NCBI GenBank assembly: GCA_018814025.1
Contig: JAHJAM010000023.1
Span: forward strand, 1,896 to 65,895
Reading direction: 5' to 3'
DNA length: 64,000 nucleotides
Source of the DNA: Patescibacteria group bacterium
GTDB taxonomy: Bacteria; Patescibacteriota; Patescibacteriia; UBA9934; GWF2-40-263
A program made the position numbers and the translations under genes. Of this stretch, positions 1 to 8,976 are shown piece by piece. Position 1 is the first letter of the stretch. Every line of letters begins with the position of its first letter. The notes below the pieces were generated by a model. It had not been told where the DNA came from. It did not search any database and worked only from the letters and a program-made list of their open reading frames with translations.

Positions 1-47
1 AAACTTTCCTAAACTTATCGGCCGGACTGCGCTATAATGTTGACACT

Positions 48-329
48 ATGCCGGTTCCGAATCTCACCCTTCCCTTGACCGCGTTCTTAATCCTTTACGG
101 GATTTTTATTTGTATTTACGCGCTCTACACTTTTTTCAACGCTTACCATCTGATCAAATTCGGTTTAATCGGCCGCACCACTCGCTCCATTATTGTGGTC
201 CAGGCCGGGCTTTCATTAATCCTGCTGATCGTCTCGCTTTTTCTCGTCACTTATCAAGATTGGACCGTCACTTGGAATTTGACGGAAATATTTCAGCGTG
301 ACGCCGAACAAATCTTCCCCGCTTTATGA
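48..329 (+). CDS. small hydrophobic membrane protein (YdbS-like partner of the downstream bPH protein?)
   Basis: 93-aa ORF with two predicted TM helices; its stop overlaps the start of the next ORF (ATGA at 326). Confidence 0.35.
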   Translation: MPVPNLTLPLTAFLILYGIFICIYALYTFFNAYHLIKFGLIGRTTRSIIVVQAGLSLILLIVSLFLVTYQDWTVTWNLTEIFQRDAEQIFPAL

Positions 330-865
330 TGGATTTAAAAAAACTTCCCAACCGGCAAAAGCATGAAAAGGTGGTTTTATTTCTGCGCCGTCATTGGTTT
401 GCGCCCCTGACCATCGCCTTGACTTTCATTCTGCTGATCGTGGTGCCCGCTGGCTTAGTCGGATATTTTGCGGACAAACAGCATTGGTTTTCTCACCCCA
501 CGCTCGGACCGCTCTTGGTTTTAGCCGGCAGCATGTACTTCATGGCCGTTTGGCTGATCGCCAGCATTGAATTTACCGACTATTACTTGGATACCTGGAT
601 TGTCACCAACGAACGCATCATCAACATTGAACAAATCGGCTTATTTCATCGTCACGCTTCTGAAATGCATCTGGCCAGCATCCAAGACATCACCTCGGAT
701 GCCGAAGGTTTTCTGCACACCATGTTCAATTACGGCCAAGTCAACATTCAAACCGCAGCTGAAGAAAAAAGATTTAATTTCAAAGACGTGCCTTTCCCGG
801 ATCAAGTGAAAGATACAATTCTCAAACTGGTGGAAGAGGACAAAAAACGCCACGGTCAAAAATAA
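326..865 (+). CDS. membrane protein with bacterial PH (bPH_2 / YdbT-like) domain
   Basis: N-terminal TM pair followed by a motif pattern (WIVTNERII ... GQVNIQTA) reminiscent of the bPH_2 family; assigned from my recall of that family. Confidence 0.45.
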   Translation: MMDLKKLPNRQKHEKVVLFLRRHWFAPLTIALTFILLIVVPAGLVGYFADKQHWFSHPTLGPLLVLAGSMYFMAVWLIASIEFTDYYLDTWIVTNERIINIEQIGLFHRHASEMHLASIQDITSDAEGFLHTMFNYGQVNIQTAAEEKRFNFKDVPFPDQVKDTILKLVEEDKKRHGQK

Positions 866-870
866 ACAAT

Positions 871-905
871 AAAAAATCCCCCGGTTCAGCCGAGGGATTT
901 TTGAT
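871..905. terminator. bidirectional intrinsic terminator between convergent genes
   Basis: AAAAAATCCCCCGG-loop-CCGAGGGATTTTTGA hairpin flanked by an A-run and a T-run. Confidence 0.6.
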
Positions 906-909
906 TCGA

Positions 910-1458
910 TTAATCCGTATATGTTTGAATGTGTTTGGCCTCCATCATCAGCCGTTGCAAATCATCCATAAAGGGCCCGTAAACCGCGGTCGTTCTTTCC
1001 GCTGTTTCGATCAAATAAAAAGGCTGTTCGCCTTCTATCCCCGACCAATTCGGGCGGGCATAAACTTCGATGGTTGACCTGCCAGCCTTGCCGTCGCCTT
1101 CCGGTGGGCAATCGTTGTTCATTTCGATGCTCTGAATCAATTGAAAACCCGCAGGTGCCCCGTTGAATTTTGTGGTGGATTCATGATCCCGTCGTCGCGC
1201 CAAATAGTTCACAAACGTTTCCTTCTCCACGTAGTGCACTTCAGTCAGCACCTCTTTGCTTGGTTCGGAAAAAATTTTATCTTTAATGCCGATGGTTAAT
1301 CGATTTTGCTCGGCCACGACCTTCTCTAGAGTATTCACCTGCATCACTAAAAATATCAAAAAGAAAATCACCCCGATACTCCCCATTACCCCCATCAAAT
1401 CCCAAACTTGAGTGTGAGTTTTCTTCGGCGCTTGCGTCACTTGTGGAAACTCCTCCAT
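910..1458 (-). CDS. hypothetical membrane-anchored protein
   Basis: 182-aa ORF with one N-terminal TM helix; I recognise no family. Confidence 0.4.
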   Translation of the reverse strand: MEEFPQVTQAPKKTHTQVWDLMGVMGSIGVIFFLIFLVMQVNTLEKVVAEQNRLTIGIKDKIFSEPSKEVLTEVHYVEKETFVNYLARRRDHESTTKFNGAPAGFQLIQSIEMNNDCPPEGDGKAGRSTIEVYARPNWSGIEGEQPFYLIETAERTTAVYGPFMDDLQRLMMEAKHIQTYTD

Positions 1459-1468
1459 AAATTTTTGC

Positions 1469-3355
1469 TTACTTCCAATATCTTTCTAACTCGATGCCTT
1501 GATAAAAATATTTGAGAATGTCTTCGTACAAATCCCCGTTATTGGCCATGCACAAAGCCTCGGTCGCGGACATGCCCACGCCATGGCCCCAGAGCGCGTA
1601 CCCCTTGCTCTTGTCGCACGGGCAAGCTACTGATTTTAACCAATCAACCTGGCCGTTCCAGACTTCGCTCCAGTCCCGGGTTCGTCCATCGGTTCTTGAA
1701 AAATAAGGCGTCAAAGCCAACTCGCCGTTATAAGTGACAATTTGACCCCGCGATTCATCTACGGACTGCACAATGCGCGGACTGCGCGCTTCTTGGCCAT
1801 AGCCGCGATACACCTGGTCGTCCGCGTAGGCGGTCACGTGGAAAAACTCTTTGGCTCGCTTGGTATTTCTCTGCCAATGGTAAGTGGCGTAAGTCCGAGC
1901 CGCCGTCACCAAGGCTTTTTGATACTCCAGGTGCGAAATATTCGAGGTCTCGCCCAAGCCCTTCAAATAATAATCCATGGGCAACTCGTTAATGAGCCAA
2001 GTTCGATCTTTGTAATCATTGTAATGCAGTTCCAAAACATTGCGGAAAGTATTATCCGCGTGCGTGTAGTCCCGCGTGACTCGGCGGTCGAAATTCTCCA
2101 CCGTGCAAACTGCGTTTGGCACTTTAGGCACAAACCGCAACGCATAAGTTGATTGTTCCAAGCCTTGGCCGCGATCAAAATGGTATCGGCCATTCTTGTA
2201 AAAAGCCGAGACCGATTTTCCCGCCGGCAATTCGCCGAGCAGCGCGTTGTTGATGTCCCGCAATTCCCAATCCGTGGCGCAGCTGATGTCCACTTCCCAG
2301 TCCGTTTCCTCATCCACAATCAGCACTCCGACGCGCAGCATCAAAGGCGCGTCATATTTATAACTGGCTTGGACATTCGGTTCCGCGCCCGGCCGAGTCG
2401 GCGCCTTGATCACTTCAGGTGCGTTTGAAGTTACTTCCACCGGAATATCAATATAAAAATCCGGCACCTTCACGTCATCCACGGCTAATTGATAGCGGAC
2501 CACGTGCGCGCCTTGTGTCCGCGGCGCGGAAAAAGTGAAATCGATAAAATCCAAAGCGCCGGGTGCCACTGTGCCATTGTCATTGACCGCCAACTGCGTG
2601 GCTGACGACCAAGAAGTGTGATAAGTGTCCGCTTCAGACGAAGCTAAAGAAATATCCGGCAAGCGAATTTGTCTTTTTCCCCAAGTTTTGGTTCCGGTAT
2701 TTTTAATTCCGACTCGAAATGACACTGCTTCCCCGCCTCGCGCGGTCACGGTCTTGGCGCTGCGCAGCAAAAGCATGGCGGATAAACCCTCCGTGGCCGG
2801 ATCAGCGATTGCTTCCGGCGCCGGTTCAACTGTGGCCGTCGGGGTTGGCGTTTCTGCTTCAGCCACTACTTCAATCACCACCGCAAACTGGCCGCCCGGA
2901 ATCCAAGCCGTGTTTTCCGCTGCCAGCCAAAACACTTCCCGATAAACGCCGGTTTTCTCTGGAGCATCGAAAGTAAAATAAATGTGGCCCTTGCCGCCCG
3001 GCGCCACTCGCTCTTCTTCCAATCGCGCCGGCTGATCCGAACCATACCAAGATTCATCTTCAAAAATACTGGTTCGATATTTTGGTTCGTAGGTATAAAT
3101 TGACACGAATTCTGATCCGCCTCGCGTCCAGGCTTTGGCTCCGGTATTTTGAAACTCAACCATGAATCGAATATCTTGGCCGGCTTGCACCCGAATCGTT
3201 CCATTGCCGGTCGCGCCCGTCTGCACGCTTTCATAGCCGTGAAGCAGCGCCGCTTGGGCTTGATTGATGCCCAAAAACGAAAAGATAATAAACGCGGCCA
3301 GCATGCCGACCATTGTTTTTGAAATGGATAATTTACGAAAAAATGAGATATTCAT
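1469..3355 (-). CDS. secreted SpoIID/LytB-domain protein with N-terminal Ig-like repeats
   Basis: Signal peptide; C-terminal motif DYYLKGLGE...ALVTAARTYA fits the SpoIID/LytB amidase-enhancer domain. Confidence 0.6.
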   Translation of the reverse strand: MNISFFRKLSISKTMVGMLAAFIIFSFLGINQAQAALLHGYESVQTGATGNGTIRVQAGQDIRFMVEFQNTGAKAWTRGGSEFVSIYTYEPKYRTSIFEDESWYGSDQPARLEEERVAPGGKGHIYFTFDAPEKTGVYREVFWLAAENTAWIPGGQFAVVIEVVAEAETPTPTATVEPAPEAIADPATEGLSAMLLLRSAKTVTARGGEAVSFRVGIKNTGTKTWGKRQIRLPDISLASSEADTYHTSWSSATQLAVNDNGTVAPGALDFIDFTFSAPRTQGAHVVRYQLAVDDVKVPDFYIDIPVEVTSNAPEVIKAPTRPGAEPNVQASYKYDAPLMLRVGVLIVDEETDWEVDISCATDWELRDINNALLGELPAGKSVSAFYKNGRYHFDRGQGLEQSTYALRFVPKVPNAVCTVENFDRRVTRDYTHADNTFRNVLELHYNDYKDRTWLINELPMDYYLKGLGETSNISHLEYQKALVTAARTYATYHWQRNTKRAKEFFHVTAYADDQVYRGYGQEARSPRIVQSVDESRGQIVTYNGELALTPYFSRTDGRTRDWSEVWNGQVDWLKSVACPCDKSKGYALWGHGVGMSATEALCMANNGDLYEDILKYFYQGIELERYWK

Positions 3356-3466
3356 GTTGATCTTGAATGTTCACTGCCTAAGCGTGATTTATTTTTGTTT
3401 GTTCCCCTATTTTACCTTTCTTGCTACTTAGGGTCAATCCAATTACTATCATCTTGAAAGTCCGTC

Positions 3467-4906
3467 GTGATACACTATTTCCATATGACTTCCGCGGCCA
3501 AATTTTCCCAAAACATGACCATCCAAATCGCGGGTAAAATCGCGGCCGTTTTTGTCGGCTTGGGCATCATGGCCATCCTCACCCGCTCGCTTGGCCCCGA
3601 AGGTTTTGGCGAATACACCACGGCCGTCACCTTTCTGCAGTTATTTGGCGTAATCGTTGATTTCGGCTTAACTCTCACCTTGTTGGTCATGATTTCCGAA
3701 GTCGGCGCTGATCAAAATAAAATTACTAGTAACATTTTAACCCTGCGTCTTTTCTCCGGCTTGATTCTCTTCGCCTTGGCTCCTTTGGCCGTCCTGCCGT
3801 TTGCTTGGTCCGCCAACGTTAAGCTCGGCGTGGCCGTGGGCGCGGCCGCTTTCCTCTTTATGTCCGGCGCCACCATGCTGGTCGGCGTGTTCCAGCGCCA
3901 TGCTTGCCTGTGGCGGTCAGCCTTGGCGGAAATGTTGAACCGTTTTATCCTGATCGCTTTAGTGGCCTTGCTGGCTTACCTTAATTTGGGCGTGGTCTGG
4001 ATGATCGGCGCCATGATTGTCGCCAACCTTGCCTGGCTGGTTTCCATGATCTATTTCGCCCGGCCTTTCATCGCCATCCGGCCCCGATTTGATTGGCCGC
4101 TTTGGAAAAAAGTTATCTCCCGCTCCTGGCCCATCGCCGTTTCGATCATCTTCAACCTGCTTTACCTCAAGGGCGATATTCTTTTCCTGGCTTATTTCCG
4201 CGACGCCGCCGAAGTCGGTCTCTACGGCGCCGCCTACAAAATCATCGATGTCTTGACCGCCTTGCCGGTCATGTTCATGGGGCTTTTGCTCCCCATCTTG
4301 GTCAGCAGTTGGAGCGCCAATGATCGACCGGAATTCAAAAAACGTTTGGCCAGAACTTTTGACATCTTTATGATCAGCGCCATTCCGATTGTCATCGGCA
4401 CTCAAGCCGTGGCCGAGCCTCTGGCCCTCTTGTTTGCCGGCCCCGGCTTTGCCGCCACCGGCTCGGTTTTGCGCTGGCTGATTATTTCCATCATCGGGGT
4501 GTTCTTGGGCGCGCTTTACGGCCATACCGTTGTCGCTTTAAACAAACAAAAGCAAATGATCTGGGGCTATGTGGCCGTGGCCGTGCTTTCGATCATCGGC
4601 TATCTCTGGCTCATACCTTTATATGGGATGTACGGCGCCGCCTATGTCACGATTTTTTCCGAACTGCTCATCGCCTTGATTACTTTCTTGATGGTCTGGC
4701 GCGTTTCCCAAGCCCTACCCAGCTTATTAGTCACTCTGAAAGCCCTGGTTTCCGCGGCCATCATGTTTGGGGTGATCCAATCTCTGCCCAGCCTGCCGGT
4801 TCTGCTGACTGTCCTGATTGGCGCTTTGGTTTATCTGGGTTTGATGATCTTCTTGCGCGGCCTCAACCCCAAAGAACTCAAACTTCTGATCGCTGACCAA
4901 TCATAA
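3467..4906 (+). CDS. polysaccharide biosynthesis protein / Wzx-like oligosaccharide flippase (MOP superfamily)
   Basis: Polytopic protein of 12-14 TM helices of the expected length; native codon usage; the start could instead be 3485 or 3515. Confidence 0.6.
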   Translation: MIHYFHMTSAAKFSQNMTIQIAGKIAAVFVGLGIMAILTRSLGPEGFGEYTTAVTFLQLFGVIVDFGLTLTLLVMISEVGADQNKITSNILTLRLFSGLILFALAPLAVLPFAWSANVKLGVAVGAAAFLFMSGATMLVGVFQRHACLWRSALAEMLNRFILIALVALLAYLNLGVVWMIGAMIVANLAWLVSMIYFARPFIAIRPRFDWPLWKKVISRSWPIAVSIIFNLLYLKGDILFLAYFRDAAEVGLYGAAYKIIDVLTALPVMFMGLLLPILVSSWSANDRPEFKKRLARTFDIFMISAIPIVIGTQAVAEPLALLFAGPGFAATGSVLRWLIISIIGVFLGALYGHTVVALNKQKQMIWGYVAVAVLSIIGYLWLIPLYGMYGAAYVTIFSELLIALITFLMVWRVSQALPSLLVTLKALVSAAIMFGVIQSLPSLPVLLTVLIGALVYLGLMIFLRGLNPKELKLLIADQS

Positions 4907-4907
4907 T

Positions 4908-6212
4908 ATGTTCCCGATCTTAATTGTCGCCGCTCTCCTGCTCTTTACCGGCTTGGCCTGGCGTGATTTGCGCCTGGGTCTTTTTCTCATCGCCGCCGCC
5001 CTGCCCAGCTACCTCATCCGTTTTTCCCTTCAAGGCTTCCCCACCACTCTTTTGGAAGTGCTTATCATTATCCTTATTATTATCTGGCTCATCAAAAGAC
5101 CGTTTTCAATCCGATCGGACCAAATTCGGTCATGGTTGATACCCATCGCTCTGCTCATCATCGCCGCCACTCTTGGCATCTTTGTTTCCCCGGATAAAAT
5201 GGCCGCCTTAGGCGTCTGGAAAGCCTACTTCATCGAACCGCTCATTATTTTTTTCATCGCGCTTGATCTGCTCAAAGAAAAGTCAGACCAAGCCAAACTC
5301 ATGAATTACCTAGGTATTGGGGCTTTGTTCATCGCGTTCTTTGCCATTTGGCAAAAATTCACACTCTGGGGCATTCCCGCTCCCTGGAATATTGAAGGCC
5401 GGGTCGTGAGCATCTTCCCCTATCCCAACGCCGTGGGTTTATATCTTGGTCCGATTATTGCCTTGGGCTTCTTCTCTCTCATTTCCAACATGCAAAATAT
5501 CACCAGGCAAAGCCTGGTCCGGCTCCGCCGGATTTCCCGCCCGCGTCAATTTATTTCCAACCCATTTAACATTTTCTGGCTTGCGACCATTACCCTTTCC
5601 TCTCTCGCCATCGTCTTCGCCCAAACCGAAGCCGCCTATTTTGCCCTGCCCGCGGCCGTGGTGCTGATCCTGATCTTCTTCACCAAGTATCAAAAACCCG
5701 CGATTGTCATCGCGCTGATTATCATCGCCCTGCTCGCGATTATTCCCCCGGCCCGCCACGCCGTTTGGCAAAAAATTTCCCTGCAAGATTATTCCGGCAC
5801 GGTTCGTTTAGCCCAATGGCAGGAAACTTGGCATCTGCTTAAAGATCAACCTTTGTTTGGCGCCGGCTTGGCCGGCTATCCCACCGCGCTCGCGCCCTAT
5901 CACGCCCGGACCGATCTGGAAATTTTCCAATACCCGCACAATCTCATCCTTAATACCTGGACCGAACTCGGCCTGCTGGGTTTACTGGCCAGTCTGATCT
6001 TCATCTGGCTCTTGGGTCACCGTCTTTTTATTCCAACCTCGGCTCAGCGCTCCTGGCTTACCCTGGCCGCCGCCGCCGCTTTATTGGAAATGATCATTCA
6101 CGGCCTGGTTGATGTCCCGTATTTCAAAAATGATCTGGCGGTTTTAACCTGGCTGATTATCGCCCTCGTGCTATTATCAACCAAACCCCGATCCCCCAAG
6201 CTCAACCTCTAA
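4908..6212 (+). CDS. O-antigen ligase / Wzy_C-domain polymerase-like membrane protein
   Basis: Polytopic protein; a periplasmic loop carries the YPHNLILNTWTELGLLGL motif typical of Wzy_C; lies directly after the flippase gene. Confidence 0.6.
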   Translation: MFPILIVAALLLFTGLAWRDLRLGLFLIAAALPSYLIRFSLQGFPTTLLEVLIIILIIIWLIKRPFSIRSDQIRSWLIPIALLIIAATLGIFVSPDKMAALGVWKAYFIEPLIIFFIALDLLKEKSDQAKLMNYLGIGALFIAFFAIWQKFTLWGIPAPWNIEGRVVSIFPYPNAVGLYLGPIIALGFFSLISNMQNITRQSLVRLRRISRPRQFISNPFNIFWLATITLSSLAIVFAQTEAAYFALPAAVVLILIFFTKYQKPAIVIALIIIALLAIIPPARHAVWQKISLQDYSGTVRLAQWQETWHLLKDQPLFGAGLAGYPTALAPYHARTDLEIFQYPHNLILNTWTELGLLGLLASLIFIWLLGHRLFIPTSAQRSWLTLAAAAALLEMIIHGLVDVPYFKNDLAVLTWLIIALVLLSTKPRSPKLNL

Positions 6213-6218
6213 TCCCTT

Positions 6219-6905
6219 ATGCTCGACCGCCTAATTTTTCGCCACCAAAACAAACGCGAACGGCAAGCCTCCTGCTTGCTGGTGGTTATTGGTCTGATTA
6301 TTATCTCGGTTTTCTTGATTCAAATTACTGATTTTAAAATCAAACCGCCCACGGCCCCGCTTTTGCCTCCTTCTTCATCCCTGGTTCAAGCCTCCGATTT
6401 GGCTCAAGCCCAAAATCAAACCGACACCCGAATCTTCATCCCCGAAGAACTTTTTGGCTCAACCCTTCACACCATCGGCATTTATCATCAGGCCGTCGGC
6501 AACCTGCCCGCTGAATCAGTGGTTGTGGTTTTGAAAAAAGATGATTGGCGATTCGCGGAAATCACCCAAAGACCCGGACGCAGCCTGGCCCAAGAATTAA
6601 CCGAACAGACCAGATTTTCCCAAACCCCGATTCAACTCGGCCCCCTGGCCGGCGTGCTAATTGAGACTGATCCGGATTTTGAGCACTGCCTTGACCCGCA
6701 AGCTGACGGCACACCCGGTTTTTGCCTGCTCACCCACAAAATTATTTTTGAAATGGCGGGACAGCTCTTCACCGTGGCCGGTTCTGAACCTTCCATCACC
6801 CCCGGCGAACTGATTAGCCTGTCCCGTTCGATTGTTGCACAAGGATCCCCGCCAATTGACGCCGATGATTCTCCGCCGACCATTGACGAAACGATTTTGG
6901 AATGA
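6219..6905 (+). CDS. hypothetical membrane-anchored protein
   Basis: 228-aa ORF with a single N-terminal TM helix, continuing the same gene string. Confidence 0.35.
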   Translation: MLDRLIFRHQNKRERQASCLLVVIGLIIISVFLIQITDFKIKPPTAPLLPPSSSLVQASDLAQAQNQTDTRIFIPEELFGSTLHTIGIYHQAVGNLPAESVVVVLKKDDWRFAEITQRPGRSLAQELTEQTRFSQTPIQLGPLAGVLIETDPDFEHCLDPQADGTPGFCLLTHKIIFEMAGQLFTVAGSEPSITPGELISLSRSIVAQGSPPIDADDSPPTIDETILE

Positions 6906-6945
6906 TAGCCTGACTCCTCACTGCTTAATCTTTTTACCCAATTAC

Positions 6946-7035
<90 letters not shown>

Positions 7036-7037
7036 AC

Positions 7038-7070
7038 CAAAAAGTCCCGGCCAACGGTCGGGGCTTTTTG
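7038..7070. terminator. intrinsic terminator after tRNA-Ser
   Basis: AAAAAGTCCCGG-loop-CGGGGCTTTTT hairpin. Confidence 0.55.
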
Positions 7071-7156
7071 GTTTCCTCATTCTCTTCATTGCCGGGAACA
7101 TCCACTTGGCCTACAGTATATCTTAAGCTCTTCCATCTTATTTATCTTTATTATAT

Positions 7157-7978
7157 ATGAAGAAAAAACTTTTCACTTTAGCCGCCATTATCGTGGCGAT
7201 ATTTGCCCTTTACCTCATCCTTCCGGTTTCCCCGTTGCACGCGCCCGCGCCTGAAACTCCTGAGGATAATCTGGTTCGCCTTAATGATTTCCAGCCCGGT
7301 CAACTAATTGAGAGCCCCTTCGCCTTAACTGGCCAAGCCCGCGGTACTTGGTTTTTTGAAGACAGTTTTCCAGTCGAACTTCTGGATGACCAAGGCCGCG
7401 TCCTGGTCCAAACTCCGGCCCAAGCCCAAGCCGATTGGATGACCGAAGACTTTGTGCCTTTTTCCGTCACCCTAGATTTTATCCCCGCCTCCGCCACCGG
7501 CACCCTGGTCCTGAAAAAAGACAATCCTTCCGGCTTGCCGGAAAATGATGACGAGCGCCGCTTCCCAGTCAAGTTTAAAACGGCTGAAACCCAAACCGTG
7601 CAAGTCTATTTTGGCAATGACCAAACCGACCCCGGCATCATGCATTGTGAACGAACCTATCCCGCGGTCCGCGCCATCGCTCAAACCCCGGCCGTGGCCC
7701 GCGCCGCTCTTGAGGAACTGCTCAAGGGGCCGACCGCAAGCGAACAAGCCCAAGGCTTTCTGACTTCCTTGCCCGCGGGCGTAGCGATTCAGAGTCTCAC
7801 CATTGAAAATCGCGTGGCTCGGGTTGATTTTAATGAAGCCCTGGAATTCCAAGTCGGCGGCTCCTGCCGCGTGGCCGCCATCGTGTCGCAAATCACCAAT
7901 ACCTTGTTGCAGTTTTCCACCGTGGACTCGGTCGTCATCTCCATCAACGGCCGCACCCAAGACATTCTTCAACCCTGA
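7157..7978 (+). CDS. secreted GerMN-domain protein with N-terminal Ig-like (Gmad2-like) domain
   Basis: Signal peptide; C-terminal block ...ARAALEELLKGPT...GSCRVAAIVSQITNTLLQF... fits the GerMN domain; paralog of the gene at 53036. Confidence 0.55.
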   Translation: MKKKLFTLAAIIVAIFALYLILPVSPLHAPAPETPEDNLVRLNDFQPGQLIESPFALTGQARGTWFFEDSFPVELLDDQGRVLVQTPAQAQADWMTEDFVPFSVTLDFIPASATGTLVLKKDNPSGLPENDDERRFPVKFKTAETQTVQVYFGNDQTDPGIMHCERTYPAVRAIAQTPAVARAALEELLKGPTASEQAQGFLTSLPAGVAIQSLTIENRVARVDFNEALEFQVGGSCRVAAIVSQITNTLLQFSTVDSVVISINGRTQDILQP

Positions 7979-8072
7979 TTTCCATCCCCACCGCCCGGCA
8001 AACCCGGGCGGTTTTTCATTTCCAAAAATCAATTTTTTCCGCTATAATATCCTCAATAAAAACCTTCAGCTT

Positions 8073-8939
8073 ATGAGCCAAATTCGCAAAGCCATTATCC
8101 CGGTCGGCGGCATGGGCACTCGCTTCCTGCCCGCTTCCAAAGCCCAGCCCAAAGAAATGCTGCCTGTAGTTGATAAACCGGTTATTCAATATATCGTTGA
8201 AGAGGCGGTCAAAAGCGGCATTGAAGAAATCGTTTTCGTCACGGCCATTGGCAAGCGCGCCATTGAAGATCACTTCGACCGCAACTTCGAACTTGAATAC
8301 CGCCTTGAGCAAAAAAAGAAAGTCAAAGAGCTCAAGGAAGTTTCCGCCATTGGCCGGCTGGCCAAATTCGCTTTCGTTCGCCAGCACAAGCCCATGGGCG
8401 ATGGTCATGCGGTTTTATCTGCTCTGCCGTTTGTTGATGCCCACGAACCCGTGGCCATTCTCTTTGGCGATGATATCATCGATGCCAAAATCCCGGCCCT
8501 CAAACAGCTCATGCAGGTTTACGACAAATATCAGGATCCGGTCATTGCTTTGCAGGCCGTGCCCAAAAACGAAGTTTCCAAATACGGCGTCATCGGCGGT
8601 CATCAGGTTACGGACAAAATTTGGGAAATCAATCAATTTATCGAAAAACCCTCCCCGGCCAAAGCCCCGTCCAACTTGGCCGTGGTCGGCCGCTACATCA
8701 TCACCCCGGAAATTTTTAATATTCTGCAAAAACAAAAACCCGGCCCGGATGGCGAAATTCGTTTAGCCGATGCTTTTGCCGCTTACCTCAAACAAAAGCG
8801 CGCCCTTTACGGCCGAATTTTTGATGGCACGCGCTATGACTGCGGCAACAAGCTCGGTTTTCTGCGCGCCCAAATCGAACTAGGCAAAAAGCACCCGGAA
8901 ATCGGCAAAGAATTTAAAAAATATCTCAAAACGATTTAA
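8073..8939 (+). CDS. galU: UTP--glucose-1-phosphate uridylyltransferase
   Basis: MSQIRKAIIPVGGMGTRFLPASKAQPKEMLPVVDKPVIQY... is the canonical GalU N-terminus; a TATAAT element lies at 8043-8048; the long upstream part of ORF 7803 is rejected. Confidence 0.85.
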   Translation: MSQIRKAIIPVGGMGTRFLPASKAQPKEMLPVVDKPVIQYIVEEAVKSGIEEIVFVTAIGKRAIEDHFDRNFELEYRLEQKKKVKELKEVSAIGRLAKFAFVRQHKPMGDGHAVLSALPFVDAHEPVAILFGDDIIDAKIPALKQLMQVYDKYQDPVIALQAVPKNEVSKYGVIGGHQVTDKIWEINQFIEKPSPAKAPSNLAVVGRYIITPEIFNILQKQKPGPDGEIRLADAFAAYLKQKRALYGRIFDGTRYDCGNKLGFLRAQIELGKKHPEIGKEFKKYLKTI

Positions 8940-8976
8940 CCCTTTGACCCTACCTACTTTTACCCTACCTACCCTT

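Noticed and set aside
3959-4525. 188-aa minus-strand ORF inside the flippase gene; similar antisense ORFs occur inside hppA (33135-34844 +), PBP1A (21626-23044 +) and YifB (38979-39830 +)
   Set aside because: Each is embedded in a well-supported longer gene on the other strand. Low-complexity composition, no start context.
7803-8072. N-terminal extension of the GalU ORF (start at 7803)
   Set aside because: The extension overlaps the preceding GerMN gene. A canonical GalU N-terminus begins at ATG 8073, just downstream of a TATAAT element.
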